From assembly GCA_964016885.1 (NCBI GenBank), contig OZ024743.1, forward strand, positions 236,406,001-236,470,000: DNA of 64,000 nucleotides. The letters run 5' to 3'. This stretch comes from Eledone cirrhosa. Lineage: Eukaryota. The notes beneath the pieces are model-generated. The model worked only from the letters and a program-made list of their open reading frames with translations, was not told the DNA's origin and searched no databases. The position numbers and the translations under genes are program-made. Shown here piece after piece: positions 1 through 11,802 of this stretch; position 1 is the first letter of the stretch; each line of letters starts with the position of its first letter.

Positions 1-2660
1 ACCATTCTATATCTCAACACATCAACACATCAACACATCAACACCAATCTATATCTCAAGACATCAACACATCAACACCAATCTTTATCTCAACACATCA
101 ACACATCAACACCATTCTTTATCTCAACACATCAACACATCAACACCAATCTTTATCTCAACACATCAACACATCAACACCAATCTGTATCTCAACACAT
201 CAACACATCAACTCCAATCTGTATCTCAACACATCAACACTATTCTTTATCTCAACACATCAACACCAATCTTTATCTCAACACATCAACACATCAAAAC
301 CACTCTTTATCTCAACACATCAACACCATTCTATATCTCAACACATCAACACATCAACACATCAACACCAATCTATATCTCAAGACATCAACACATCAAC
401 ACCAATCTTTATCTCAACACATCAACACATCAACACCATTCTTTATCTCAACACATCAACACATCAACACCAATCTTTATCTCAACACATCAACACATCA
501 ACACCAATCTGTATCTCAACACATCAACACATCAACACCAATCTGTATCTCAACACATCAACACTATTCTTTATCTCAACACATCAACACCAATCTTTAT
601 CTCAACACATCAACACCAATCTTTATCTCAACACATCAACACATCAACACCAATCTGTATCTCAACACATCAACACTATTCCTTATCTCAACACATCAAC
701 AGCAATCTTTATCTCAACACATCAACACATCAACACCACTCTTTATCTCAACACATCAACACCATTCTATATCTGAACACATCAACACATCAACACATCA
801 ACTCCAATCTATATCTCAACACATCAACACATCAACACCAATCTGTATCTCAACACATCAACACTATTCCTTATCTCAACACATCAACAGCAATCTTTAT
901 CTCAACACATCAACACATCAACACCACTCTTTATCTCAACACATCAACACCATTCTATATCTGAACACATCAACACATCAACACATCAACTCCAATCTAT
1001 ATCTCAACACATCAACACATCAACACCAATCTTTATCTCAACACATCAACACATCAACACCAATCTGTATCTCAACACATCAACAGCAATCTTTATCTCA
1101 ACACATCAACACATCAACACCACTCTTTATCTCAACACATCAACACATCAACACCAATCTTTATCTCAACACATCAACACCAATCTTTATCTCAACACAT
1201 CAACACCATTCTTTATCTCAACACATCAACACATCAACAGCAATCTTTATCTCAACACATCAACACATCAACACCACTCTTTATCTCAACACATCAACAC
1301 CATTCTATATCTGAACATATCAACACATCAACACATCAACTCCAATCTATATCTCAACACATCAACACATCAACACCAATCTTTATCTCAACACATCAAC
1401 ACCATTCTTTATCTCAACACATCAACACATCAACACCATTCTTTATCTCAACACATCAAAACATCAACACCAATCTTTATCTCAACACATCAACAACAAT
1501 CTTTATCTCAACACATCAACACCATTCTTTATCTCAACACATCAACACATCAACACCATTCTTTATCACAACACATCAACACATCAACAGCAATCTTTAT
1601 CTCAACACATCAACACCAATCTTTATCTCAACACATCAACACCAATCTTTATCTCAACACATCAACACATCAACACCAATCTGTATCTCAACACATCAAC
1701 ACTATTCCTTATCTCAACACATCAACAGCAATCTTCATCTCAACACGTCAACACATCAACACCACTATTTATCTCAACACATCAACACCATTCTATATCT
1801 GAACACATCAACACATCAACACATCAACTCCAATCTATATCTCAACACATCAACACATCAACACCAATCTTTATCTCAACACATCAACACCATTCTTTAT
1901 CTCAACACATCAACACATCAACACCAATCTGTATCTCAACACATCAACACTATTCCTTATCTCAACACATCAACAGCAATTTTCATCTCAACACATCAAC
2001 ACATCAACACCACTCTTTATCTCAACACATCAACACCATTCTATATCTGAACACATCAACACATCAACACATCAACACATCAACTCCAATCTATATCTCA
2101 ACACATCAACACATCAACACCAATCTTTATCTCAACACATCAACACCATTCTTTATCTCAACACATCAACACATCAACACCATTCTTTATCTCAACACAT
2201 CAACACATCAACACCAATCTTTATCTCAACACATCAACACCAATCTTTATCTCAACACATCAACACTATTCTTTATCTCAACACATCAACACATCAACAC
2301 CAATCTGTATCTCAACACATCAACACCAATCTTTATCTCCAGACATCAACACCAATCTGTATCTCAATACATCAACTCTATTCTTTATCTCAACACATCA
2401 ACACCATTCTTTATCTAAACACATCAACACCATTCTTTATCTCAACACATCAACACATCAACACCATTCAATATCTCAACACATCAACACTTCAACACCA
2501 TTCTTTATCTCAACACATCAACACATCAACATCAATCTTTATCTCAACACATCAACACCAATCTTTATCTCAACACATCAACACATCAACACCATTCTTT
2601 ATCTCAACACCTCAACACATCAACACTTCAACACCATTCTTTATCTCAACACATCAACAT
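1..2660. repeat. Compound minisatellite: 18-bp block CAATCTTTATCTCAACAC followed by 1-4 copies of ATCAACAC (units mostly 26/34/42 bp); open at the left edge
   Basis: Direct reading of tandem blocks; + strand almost devoid of G. Confidence 0.95.
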
Positions 2661-2802
2661 CTTTCGTGTCTAATATTGTATAATATCAGTCACAATATCT
2701 TACCTCAGTAACTGATACATCAAACATTTATTAATATTTCTAGGTGACAGCATTTTTGTAGCTCTGTTTGTGATCTGGCCATTGACACAAAGGCAGGCAT
2801 TT

Positions 2803-2812
2803 ATATATATAT

Positions 2813-2878
<66 letters not shown>
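2803..2878. repeat. (TA)n microsatellite, one of many (others near 3567-3602, 3870-3951, 4368-4422, 4909-5051, 5108-5162, 7537-7578, 11045-11101, 11150-11216)
   Basis: Dinucleotide runs read directly. Confidence 0.95.
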
Positions 2879-2881
<3 letters not shown>

Positions 2882-2955
2882 AATTTGAAGACTAAAATCG
2901 AAAGAGGGCTCGATAAGGATAAATATATATCAAATATATAAGAACCGTAGAACAA

Positions 2956-3561
2956 ATATTTATTAAAATAACAGATTAAAGTTTAAGCAAAGAATCGCTG
3001 CTTTCACCCTTAACCGGATCTTCTGAAACTAACAAAGTCAGTCTGTAAACGCAGAAGTGAATATTTCAAAAAACGTACGTATATTTTATATGTGCGTGTA
3101 TTTGTATACCTATGGCGAATGTTTTCGCGTATGCTTGTGTATGTACGTATTTGGATGCGTGTATGTATTTATTTAATTTCAATTACCTCTGTATTTTATT
3201 TACTCTGAAGCGGAGAATCATTCGGTTTCCTCGTTTTTTTTCGTTCATTGCCAGAGAACGTCTCTATGAACCACCTAAGAGAATATTAGTCTACGACTTC
3301 TTTTATACCATAAACGTGGTTCTGTCTTTGCGTGTAATTGTTTTTCACCGCTCCAAATAATGACGTATTATATTCGTTTTTCCCCGTTCTTTGCCAGGGA
3401 ACGTTTTCACGAACCAAAGTATCGTCTTCCTGTCTTCCTCCGGTTGCAACGATTTTTGAAATATTCACTTCTGCGTTTACAGATTGACTTTGTTAGTTTC
3501 AGAAGATCCCGTTAAGGGTGAAAGCAGCGCTTCTTTGCTTAAACTTTAATCTGTTATTTTA

Positions 3562-3569
<8 letters not shown>
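2956..3569. mobile_element. Non-autonomous foldback/MITE-like element with ~115-bp terminal inverted repeats
   Basis: 2956-3071 (atatttattaaaataacagattaaag...gaagtgaatatttcaaaaa) is the reverse complement of 3453-3569 with a few mismatches; right end runs into (TA)n; no credible internal ORF. Confidence 0.8.
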
Positions 3570-3605
<36 letters not shown>

Positions 3606-3702
3606 GAAAGGTATAGAAAATATTGTAGCAAAAAGCCAACAGTATTCCATAATATATAAGTGACTATAGCGTCAAAATGGGAAAAATAGTTAACGTAAGA
3701 TG

Positions 3703-3732
<30 letters not shown>

Positions 3733-3736
<4 letters not shown>

Positions 3737-3835
3737 GATACAAATAGTCCTTCGTCAGTGATTTTCCAACCTTCATTGGTATTTCATCGCATTGAAGGTT
3801 GGAAAATCACTGACGAAGGACTATTTGTATCATAT
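3733..3835. repeat. Hairpin (~43-bp arms, ~17-nt spacer) within a dispersed repeat also present near 16779-16868
   Basis: atatgatacaaatagtccttcgtcagtgattttccaaccttca / tgaaggttggaaaatcactgacgaaggactatttgtatcatat. Confidence 0.85.
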
Positions 3836-3873
3836 GTAACCCATGTGCAACCACGCAGTATTCTTTCTTATAT

Positions 3874-4003
<130 letters not shown>

Positions 4004-4084
4004 GAGAGATATAAAATATCAAGCGGTTCAGGATTGTGTTCAGCAAGCCTAACCAAAGGAGTGGCATTGACTACTCCTTCATTA

Positions 4085-4241
4085 CGTTTATTGGTTGGTG
4101 ACGCGCGTTTCGCCACTGATCAGCTCAAGGTTCGATTTGTATCGATCTATCCCGACTCTGTAATCTGCGGCTCGTCAGACCCCTTACAGATCGAACCTTG
4201 AGCTGATCAGTGGCGAAACACCCGTCACCAAACAATAAACG
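4085..4241. repeat. Inverted repeat (57-bp arms 4085-4141 / 4185-4241) enclosing the HHR core
   Basis: cgtttattggttggtgacgcgcgtttcgccactgatcagctcaaggttcgatttgta versus tacagatcgaaccttgagctgatcagtggcgaaacacccgtcaccaaacaataaacg. Confidence 0.9.
4097..4181 (-). ncRNA. Minimal type I hammerhead ribozyme, intact core, long stem II, palindromic stem III
   Basis: Minus strand reads GGU-CUGACGA-GCCGC...GUGGC-GAAA-CGCGCG-UC-ACC. Stem I is GGU/ACC, the stem II base is GCCGC/GUGGC, the cleavage triplet is GUC, and AAUAAA follows at 4092-4087. This matches the minimal HHR architecture described for Penelope-like element pLTRs. Confidence 0.85.
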
Positions 4242-4364
4242 GAGTAACCAATAGTCCGTGTTACCTTATTTCACTATAATACACTCTGTCTTGCTCTACA
4301 CCTCGACACTGAAGTGAACTTAAACATCGAGTGCTCACCCGGGTAACTCCAAGTTACACTCCCT

Positions 4365-4427
<63 letters not shown>

Positions 4428-4906
4428 AGGCGCGTGACACTGTTTATTTCACGTTGCTCCAATCCACTCAGCTGACTAAAATGAGCTGCACCTGTAATTG
4501 GAAGGACCAGCCTTGTCACATTCTGTGTCATGCTGAATCTCCCTGAGAACTACATTAATGGTATACGTATTTGTGGAATGCTCAGCCACTTGTATGTTAA
4601 TTTCACAAGCAGGCTGTTCCATTGATCTTATCCACTGGAACACTCGTCGTCGTAATCTACGGAGTCCCACTAATATATTTTCAACCCGGAATAACTTATA
4701 TATATATATATAATTTCAGCGAGATCGTATTTCGGCGGGGACCAAAAACAAAACGAAACGCAATCTTCGAGATATGCGGCAAGCGCTCAATGGACTAAAA
4801 GAAGACCAGGGCAATTAACATACGTTATAGAGGCCAGATAGAATGAAAACAGTGGTCGTGAAGCCATCAGCCACAGGAGCCAAAAAAATGAAGCAAGCTA
4901 AACAGG

Positions 4907-5052
<146 letters not shown>

Positions 5053-5103
5053 CTATATGTATCACCTATCCCTCCATTTTTTCTCTCTTTCTCGATACGT
5101 AAA

Positions 5104-5164
<61 letters not shown>

Positions 5165-5505
5165 CTTAAAAGAAGGAATAAGAATAAGAAGAAAGCAAGA
5201 ACGGGGGAAGGGGGCAGTTTTCCTCATGAGCTGTCTACTGGGGGTCTCGGATATTTCAACGCTTTAAAGACAATATATCTACCCCCAGAGCGTTCAATAA
5301 CTGGGTAAGTTATTGGGAAAACGGAGAAGGGAGAGAAGGAAAATAGAAGAGAAAAGGGGAAAAAGGGAAGAAAGGAGAAAATAACAACAAATCGAGGAAT
5401 GTGCGAGCAACTTAAAGTAAGAAAATCCATATATATATGGTAAAACTTGAACTGTTAAGATCTCGTTCCTGGATATCTCAATATTTATAAAACAAACTTT
5501 GTATT

Positions 5506-5556
5506 TTATCTGATGAGAGGGTACCAAAGTTTTGGTACCCTTGAAATATACATAAT
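5506..5556 (+). ncRNA. Hammerhead ribozyme motif, near-intact
   Basis: CUGAUGA (5510-5516), G-AGGGUACCAAA-gu-UUUGGUACCCU-U stem II, GAAA (5543-5546), then UAUAC-AUAA pairing with upstream UUAU; AATAAA at ~5559; cleavage-site region imperfect. Confidence 0.65.
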
Positions 5557-5572
5557 AGAATAAATATGGTTT

Positions 5573-5604
<32 letters not shown>

Positions 5605-5654
5605 CAAAAATGTGTGTGTATACGTAAAATACGCACACACGTATCGTTAAATGA

Positions 5655-6605
5655 CGATGGTGGTGGTGGTGGTGGTGGTGTTGATGGTGGTGATGGTGGT
5701 GGTTGTGGTGGTGATGGTGGTGGTGGTGGTGGTGTTGATGGTGGTGATGGTGGTGGTTGTGGTGGTGATGGTGGTGGTTGTGGTGGTGATGGTGGTGGTT
5801 GTGGTGGTGATGGTGGTGGTTGTGGTGGTGTTGATTGTAGTGGTGGTGATGGTGGTGGTGCTGGTGATGGTGGTGGTGGTGTTGATGGTGTTGATGGTGG
5901 TGATGGTGGTGGTGGTGATGGTGACGTGGTGGGGTGGGGTGATGGTGATGGTGGTGGTGATGGTGGTGATGGTGATAGTGGTGATGGTAGTTGTGGTGGT
6001 GTTGATGGTAGTGGTGGTGTTGGTGATGTTGGTGGTGGTGGTGTTGATGGTAGTAGTGGTGATGGTGGTGGTGGTGGTGGTGGTGATGGTGGTGGTGGTG
6101 GTGGTGATGGTGGTGGTAGTGGTGGTGGTGGTGGTGGTGGTGGTGGTGGTGGTGGTGGTGGTGGTGGTGGTGATGGTGGTGGTAGTGAAGGTGGTGGTAG
6201 TGAAGGTGGTGGGGGTGATGGTGGTGGGGGTGAAGAGGTGTTGATGGTGGTGGTGGTGGTGGTGGTGGTGGTGGTGGTGATAGTGATGGTGATGGTGATG
6301 GTGGTGGTGATGGTGGTGGTGGTGGTGGTGGTGATGATGGTGGTGGTGGTGATGGTGGTGGTAGTGAATGTGGTGGTGGTGGTGGTGATGGTGGTGGTGA
6401 AGGGGTGGTGGTGGTTGGGTGGTGGAGGTGATGGTGATAATGATGATGGTGGTGGTGGTGAAGGTGGTGGTGGTGGTGGTGGTGGTGTTAGTGATGGGGG
6501 GGGGGGGGGGGGGGGGTTGTGTTAGTGATGGTGGTGGTGGAGGTGATGGTGATAATGATGATGATGGTGGTGGTGGTGGTGGTGGTGATGATGATGATGA
6601 TGATA
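5655..6605. repeat. Degenerate (GGT)n/(GAT)n trinucleotide tract with a poly-G run
   Basis: Direct reading; Gly- and Val-rich ORFs are by-products. Confidence 0.95.
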
Positions 6606-7104
6606 TGTTAAATATTCATCTGTTTCTGTTTCCAAAATAAAGTTATCTAATGAAATCATAGAATAAACCAAACGTAAATTATTTTATCAACGTATCAAAG
6701 TTTTAAATTAAATTTCAAAATATTATATTTTTACAAACCAACTAAATATTTTGAAGAAATATCGATACAGGAATTATTTTAAAAAAAATTACAAATATTT
6801 AAATAAAAATTCATAAAATTTCATAAACAAAAAATAATCTTTATTCAGAATATATTAATTTTAAAACTATTTATCTAATATTTGCAATTATAAAAAATTA
6901 TCGATTTCAAATAATCGAACTTCACAGTTTTATTTGTTATTTTTGTTGATATTGCACAGAATTATCAGTTATTAAGCTTAATCATATTTAATGTTAACTA
7001 GAAACTGTTATCAACATAAAATCGATCAGTTTTTAGAAGACGTGTGTTGGCTGTACGTTATTGGCTCAATTACGTGGTTGAGTATTCCGTATTTGTATAT
7101 CCTG

Positions 7105-7106
<2 letters not shown>

Positions 7107-7164
<58 letters not shown>
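7107..7164. repeat. (CA)n microsatellite
   Basis: Direct reading. Confidence 0.95.
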
Positions 7165-7166
<2 letters not shown>

Positions 7167-7408
7167 TATAAGTGTATATATAAGATAAGTTTATTCCGGG
7201 TTCAATCGAGGGTAACCACAGTAAGTCCTGTAGAAGTCTTTTCTATATTAAATATATATATATATATATATATAAATCATACACAAAACGCCAGCACCAA
7301 AAGTTTTGCAAGAGATGTCAACATGAATGGACCTGTTATTTTAATCCAAAGATATTTTTTCCAATTCCATCCCGCCCGTCCCCTCAATCTATCTTATTTC
7401 TCATTCTT

Positions 7409-7444
7409 TCTTCTAGTGAGGGACTAGCGTCCGAAACGTTAAGA
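7409..7444 (+). ncRNA. Degenerate minimal hammerhead motif
   Basis: UCUU-CUAGUGA-G-GGAC-uagc-GUCC-GAAA-CG-UU-AAGA: stems I and II and the AACGUU palindrome are present, but the core reads CUAGUGA instead of CUGAUGA. Confidence 0.5.
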
Positions 7445-7528
7445 CCATCTTCCTGCTATATCAAGCGTTAACCTTATATATCGCTTCCATATACTGTACC
7501 GATTGTGTTGTTATTTCTGTTTACCTTT

Positions 7529-7579
<51 letters not shown>

Positions 7580-7655
7580 CAAAGGAAATGTTGTAAGGAA
7601 CCAGATGGACCATAACGTACCAGAGTACTCAATACTTAGAGTAGTAGAGTGGGAA

Positions 7656-7771
7656 ATAGGAAAAAGTATGACCCCGACGACAGAGCTCAAGCCGTTTCGA
7701 CGGCTATTTCTGGACTGAAATAGCCGTCGAAACGGCTTGAGCTCTGCCGTCGGGGTCATACTTTTTCCTAT
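7656..7771. repeat. Near-perfect 55-bp-arm hairpin (6-nt loop TGGACT) ending in (TA)n; contains the 3' half of an HHR-like motif
   Basis: Arms 7656-7710 / 7717-7771 with one mismatch; GACGGCUAUUUC-loop-GAAAUAGCCGUC-GAAA-CGGC-UU. Confidence 0.9.
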
Positions 7772-7974
7772 ATATATATATATATATATATAGATATAGA
7801 TAGGTAAATATACACGGGTGTGTATGATTGTGTATAGAAGATTTTATTAATAATATATATATATATATATATATCCAAAATTTAAATTAAATTAAGGGTA
7901 TCATGTCAGAGAGACATGCGCCATATCCACTGTAAAATATGCTCCAAGATTCCAATGAATAGATCCGAGCATTT

Positions 7975-8386
7975 TATATCAACTAGAAATTGATATTTCT
8001 AGTTGTCGATAACCCTATTCACACCACTGGGACGAAGCTGGCGCGATGTGTGTATTTGTATTAAATGCAACACGTGCTAATAATTAGTCACAGATTTGAA
8101 TTTGATGTGTAAACAGATAGTTAAGTCTTCTTCCTTGTTGAAAATCCAGGATTTGGCTACTGTCGTTTACCAATCGGTTAATTGGTGAAATATATTTCTT
8201 TAATGAAATATATACAAGGAAGATTAATCAATTGATAAGGTATCTATTTTTGAAGTTTTAGTTAAACTTTAATTAGTTACCCACATAGCTGTATGTGCTT
8301 ACACACTTTTACAGATTATCCCTTGTAATTGTTTCATATGTTTATTTTAGATATATATATATGTCAATCAATTTCTAGTTGATATA
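7975..8386. mobile_element. Possible small MITE with 20-bp inverted termini
   Basis: tatatcaactagaaattgat (7975-7994) / atcaatttctagttgatata (8367-8386); TA context; additional local hairpin at 7980-8005. Confidence 0.4.
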
Positions 8387-8769
8387 TATATATATATATA
8401 TATATATAATAGCTAGACACACAAAGCTAGAACTACGGAGGCGAGCGGGGCTATTCTACATTCTATCTTTTAGTTGGCAAAACTAGAAACAAAATTCTTC
8501 TTCTCCTGCTTCTTGGCGCGAGGAAATTGACCTCTGGTCACTCTGCCAATTATAATTAACAGTTATATAATTATGTAACCAGTAGTTGTACCACACAGCC
8601 ACCTAGACTGTTAGAATGTTTAAACATTTTTTAAAGTTATATTGTAAATATTAACTTTTGCAATCTTTCTAGTCTTACCTACTTTACACTTATATAGGAT
8701 TACCTTAAATATTTTACATCGATTGATACCGGGTTCGGTTATTCTATCAATTATTAAAGACTAATATTT

Positions 8770-9870
8770 ACTTTTAACAAGTTTTTTTCTTTTGTGGCGG
8801 TGGGAGGATTCAGCCTTTGCTATTCTATATTAGTGATGTGTGGCCACATTCTCTTCTGATTCTATGTTTTTCATATATTGCTTTCTTTGATTGTTGTGAC
8901 ATCCATTGTGGGACGGAAAAGCTTTCCTTAGGTAAAATCTCTTCAGATACCTCTTTTATGCCTCTGCAGATAGCATCATCAATCTTGTCAGGGTCTTCAT
9001 CAGATTGCAAAGCTGAAAGGCAGTTTTGCAGCTTGGGTTTAAATCGACTTGCTGTTTTGTTACATGAGAGTTTGTTTAAGTTAACTTTCGATGGTATTTT
9101 AGTTTTTTGTGGCCAAACAAAGTTGATACGAAATCTTGTTCACACCATACGATGGTCAAATATATCAGGAGTGTTAAAAGCAGTGTTGTCTAATATGCTT
9201 AGTCTTGCTGAAGATTTTCTTTCTATTTGATTCTTAGTTATACTGTCAGGTGATATCCAAGTGAACAGGTTTTTCTTTTGAAATATTGTGTTGGTGATCT
9301 GCATATTGTTCCTGGTACAAAATCCGGCTAGAAGCTCGCCTCTCGAGTTAAATGTACCTGTGGTATATTCTCCAATACTTGATGGGAATGATTCGTTCAG
9401 TTGCCCAATTTTGCAGTTAAAATCACCCATCAGAAAGAAGTGATCTCTCTTTAGTGTCTTATCTATAATGGCCTGTATGTTGTCATATAACTCATTGATT
9501 TCTTCATCTGGATGTGTAGATGTGGAAAAGTAGCACTGGATAAGTATGAGTTTACAAAACTTACCTTTCAAGCTCAGAACAGCTAGTCTGTCTGATGTAG
9601 GTCGATAGTTGTGTATTAATGATGCGCACTTTTTGTTCACCAAGAAACCCAATCCATTCATGCGACGAGTCACATTGCTTGACAGATAAATATAGTGTCC
9701 GGTATATTGGTGTATCTTTATTTTGTTTTCGTTTGATTTAGTCTCTGATAGTCCGATAATATCCCAGTTTACTTTCTCAAGTTTATACATCATTGTCTCA
9801 AGAGAGTTGGTATTACGGTCATTGATGGTACGTATGTTGTACGTGCAGATATTAAAGGTCTTTTTCTTTG
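8770..9870 (-). pseudogene. Apurinic-like endonuclease (APE) region of an RTE-like non-LTR retrotransposon, disrupted
   Basis: ICTYNIRT...WDIIGLSETK, GLGFLV, SDRLAVL, LMGDFN, FTWISPD..KNQI and DHRMV motifs, followed by a linker with PQWMSQQS; stops and frameshifts. Confidence 0.9.
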
Positions 9871-10250
9871 TCTGGGTGTTTTTTCTATCGTATAAATCAA
9901 ACCAGTCCGAGGTTGCTGGTGTGATCCCCTAGTCATAGCTGTCACATCAGTCTGGGACTGCTGGTGTGCCTTCCCGTTCCCTCTACAAGGGTTCAGAGGT
10001 GGCCTCCTCTGTACAACGAATCTTTGAGGTGGCTTTTTCATCTTAATTTTATGGGTCTACTCTTCCATGCTGGCTCTGGGCATGTTGGAAGAGAGCATTT
10101 GTAAGGTAACTCAAAAACCAGCGTTTTTATCGTGACACCATTACTAGGTGGGCTGTCAACCAAGACTCAGAGAGGCTCCTCCACCCACCATCATTAAGAA
10201 AGGCTATCCCACATCATATCTAACTTGGAAGAGGCACCATTGAGCAGATC

Positions 10251-10945
10251 CCCTTCATTGACTTCACAAAAGCTTTTGACAACATGAAACTACCCAGCTT
10301 GTGGCAACTCTTAAACAAGAGCTCAATTAACAAAAAATACATCAACTTACTGAAAGAAACTTACACCAAATCAACAGCATATTTCAAAACAGACTTGGGA
10401 ACTACACGCTGTATAGACATCTTGAAGGGAGTTAAGCCGGAGATGTACTATCAACACTTCTTTTCTGTATAGTTATAGCTGCACTTATCTACCAAACTGA
10501 AGAAGAATGCTCCTCTGGTTATCAAATAGGAGGTAAAATCCTATCAAATCTTAGCTATGCAGACGATCTGGCCATCATGAGTTACTCTAGAACTGATCTG
10601 CAAGACTTTCTGAATGTACTGGCCAAACATCTCGCTGGAGGTTGGCTTACACATCAACATCTCCAAAACAAAATGTATGACAACTGATAAAAACAATGCC
10701 AATCTCCAAATCACAATCTACAACCAGCAAATTACTCAAGTTACGGAGTTTGTATATCTCGGTCACAAACTATCATCAAACAGCAAAGGAATGGTTGCTG
10801 CGCAGTATCGCTCTAGGATGGGCAGCTTTCAACAAGAACAAGGAAGTAAACATCAAAATGAATTTCCTACCATTTGAAGATCTTTGATACATACATCCTA
10901 CCAGTTGTATTATATGGTCTTAACTGTGTTAATTGGACGACAAGG
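10251..10945 (+). pseudogene. Reverse transcriptase fragment of an RTE-like LINE, disrupted
   Basis: FIDFTKAFD, GVK[frameshift]GDVLSTLLF, LSYADDL, GLHINISKTKCM, FVYLG, ILPVVLYG motifs across frameshifts. Confidence 0.9.
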
Positions 10946-11019
10946 TCATTTCAGAGTATATCATATTTACTTTTACTTATTTAATTATTTTCATGTTTAT
11001 CTCTACAAATAACTAATTA

Positions 11020-11102
<83 letters not shown>

Positions 11103-11137
11103 TCATATGTAGTATATTATACATTATATCATATGCA

Positions 11138-11219
<82 letters not shown>

Positions 11220-11354
11220 ATACTTGGGGAGGGTCATATTTGTGTAATCATATTGCCAGAATTAATAACAGAACACATTCACTGTTTGGTTGGTTTTCGC
11301 TTCTGTGTCCTTTATATCGGTTAATTTAATTTATTCGGTCCTCAATGTTACTAT

Positions 11355-11802
11355 TAAGGTGGTAGAAAAGCCAGGAACCATCATAAAATCCCTGATCAGC
11401 AAAACATTCCTTTTTAAGAAAACCCACTGTACTAATAGGAAATGTATTATATGTAAAGTAAACCCCCGGATAAACTGTAAAACTAGAAACTTAGTCTATA
11501 GCATAAGATGTACAGAGGGTACTTGCAGAAACATGACAACAACATACATAGGCGAGACAGCTCGTAGCATAGGTGAAAGGATAGACCAACACTGGGGGGA
11601 ACTAAAAGGACAAAAAAACGGTTCAGTACTATACGAACATGCCAGACAACATAGAGAACATAGAAATTAGAATAATATCTAAACATAGAAATGACCCAGC
11701 AGATAGGCAAATCAGAGAGGCCAGCGAAATAGAACTTAGAAGGCCAAGGCTAAACAGAAAAAATGAATGGAATAACAATATCCAAACAAACAACACTGAC
11801 CT
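11355..11802 (+). pseudogene. GIY-YIG endonuclease C-terminal fragment of a Penelope-like element with Cys-rich linker
   Basis: HCTNRKCIIC...NCKTRNLVYSIRC...C...TYIGETARSIGERIDQH...SVLYEH, then after a frameshift DPADRQIREASEI...PRLNRKNEW. Confidence 0.9.

Noticed and set aside
4715-4775. Minus-strand CUCGAAGA...CGCC-GAAA-UACGA-UC as a hammerhead
   Set aside because: Core has an extra base and stems I and II are unconvincing
5614-6640. Glycine-rich or valine-rich protein ORFs
   Set aside because: Translations of a (GGT)n tract; the Gly frame switches mid-tract and there is no unique domain or signal peptide
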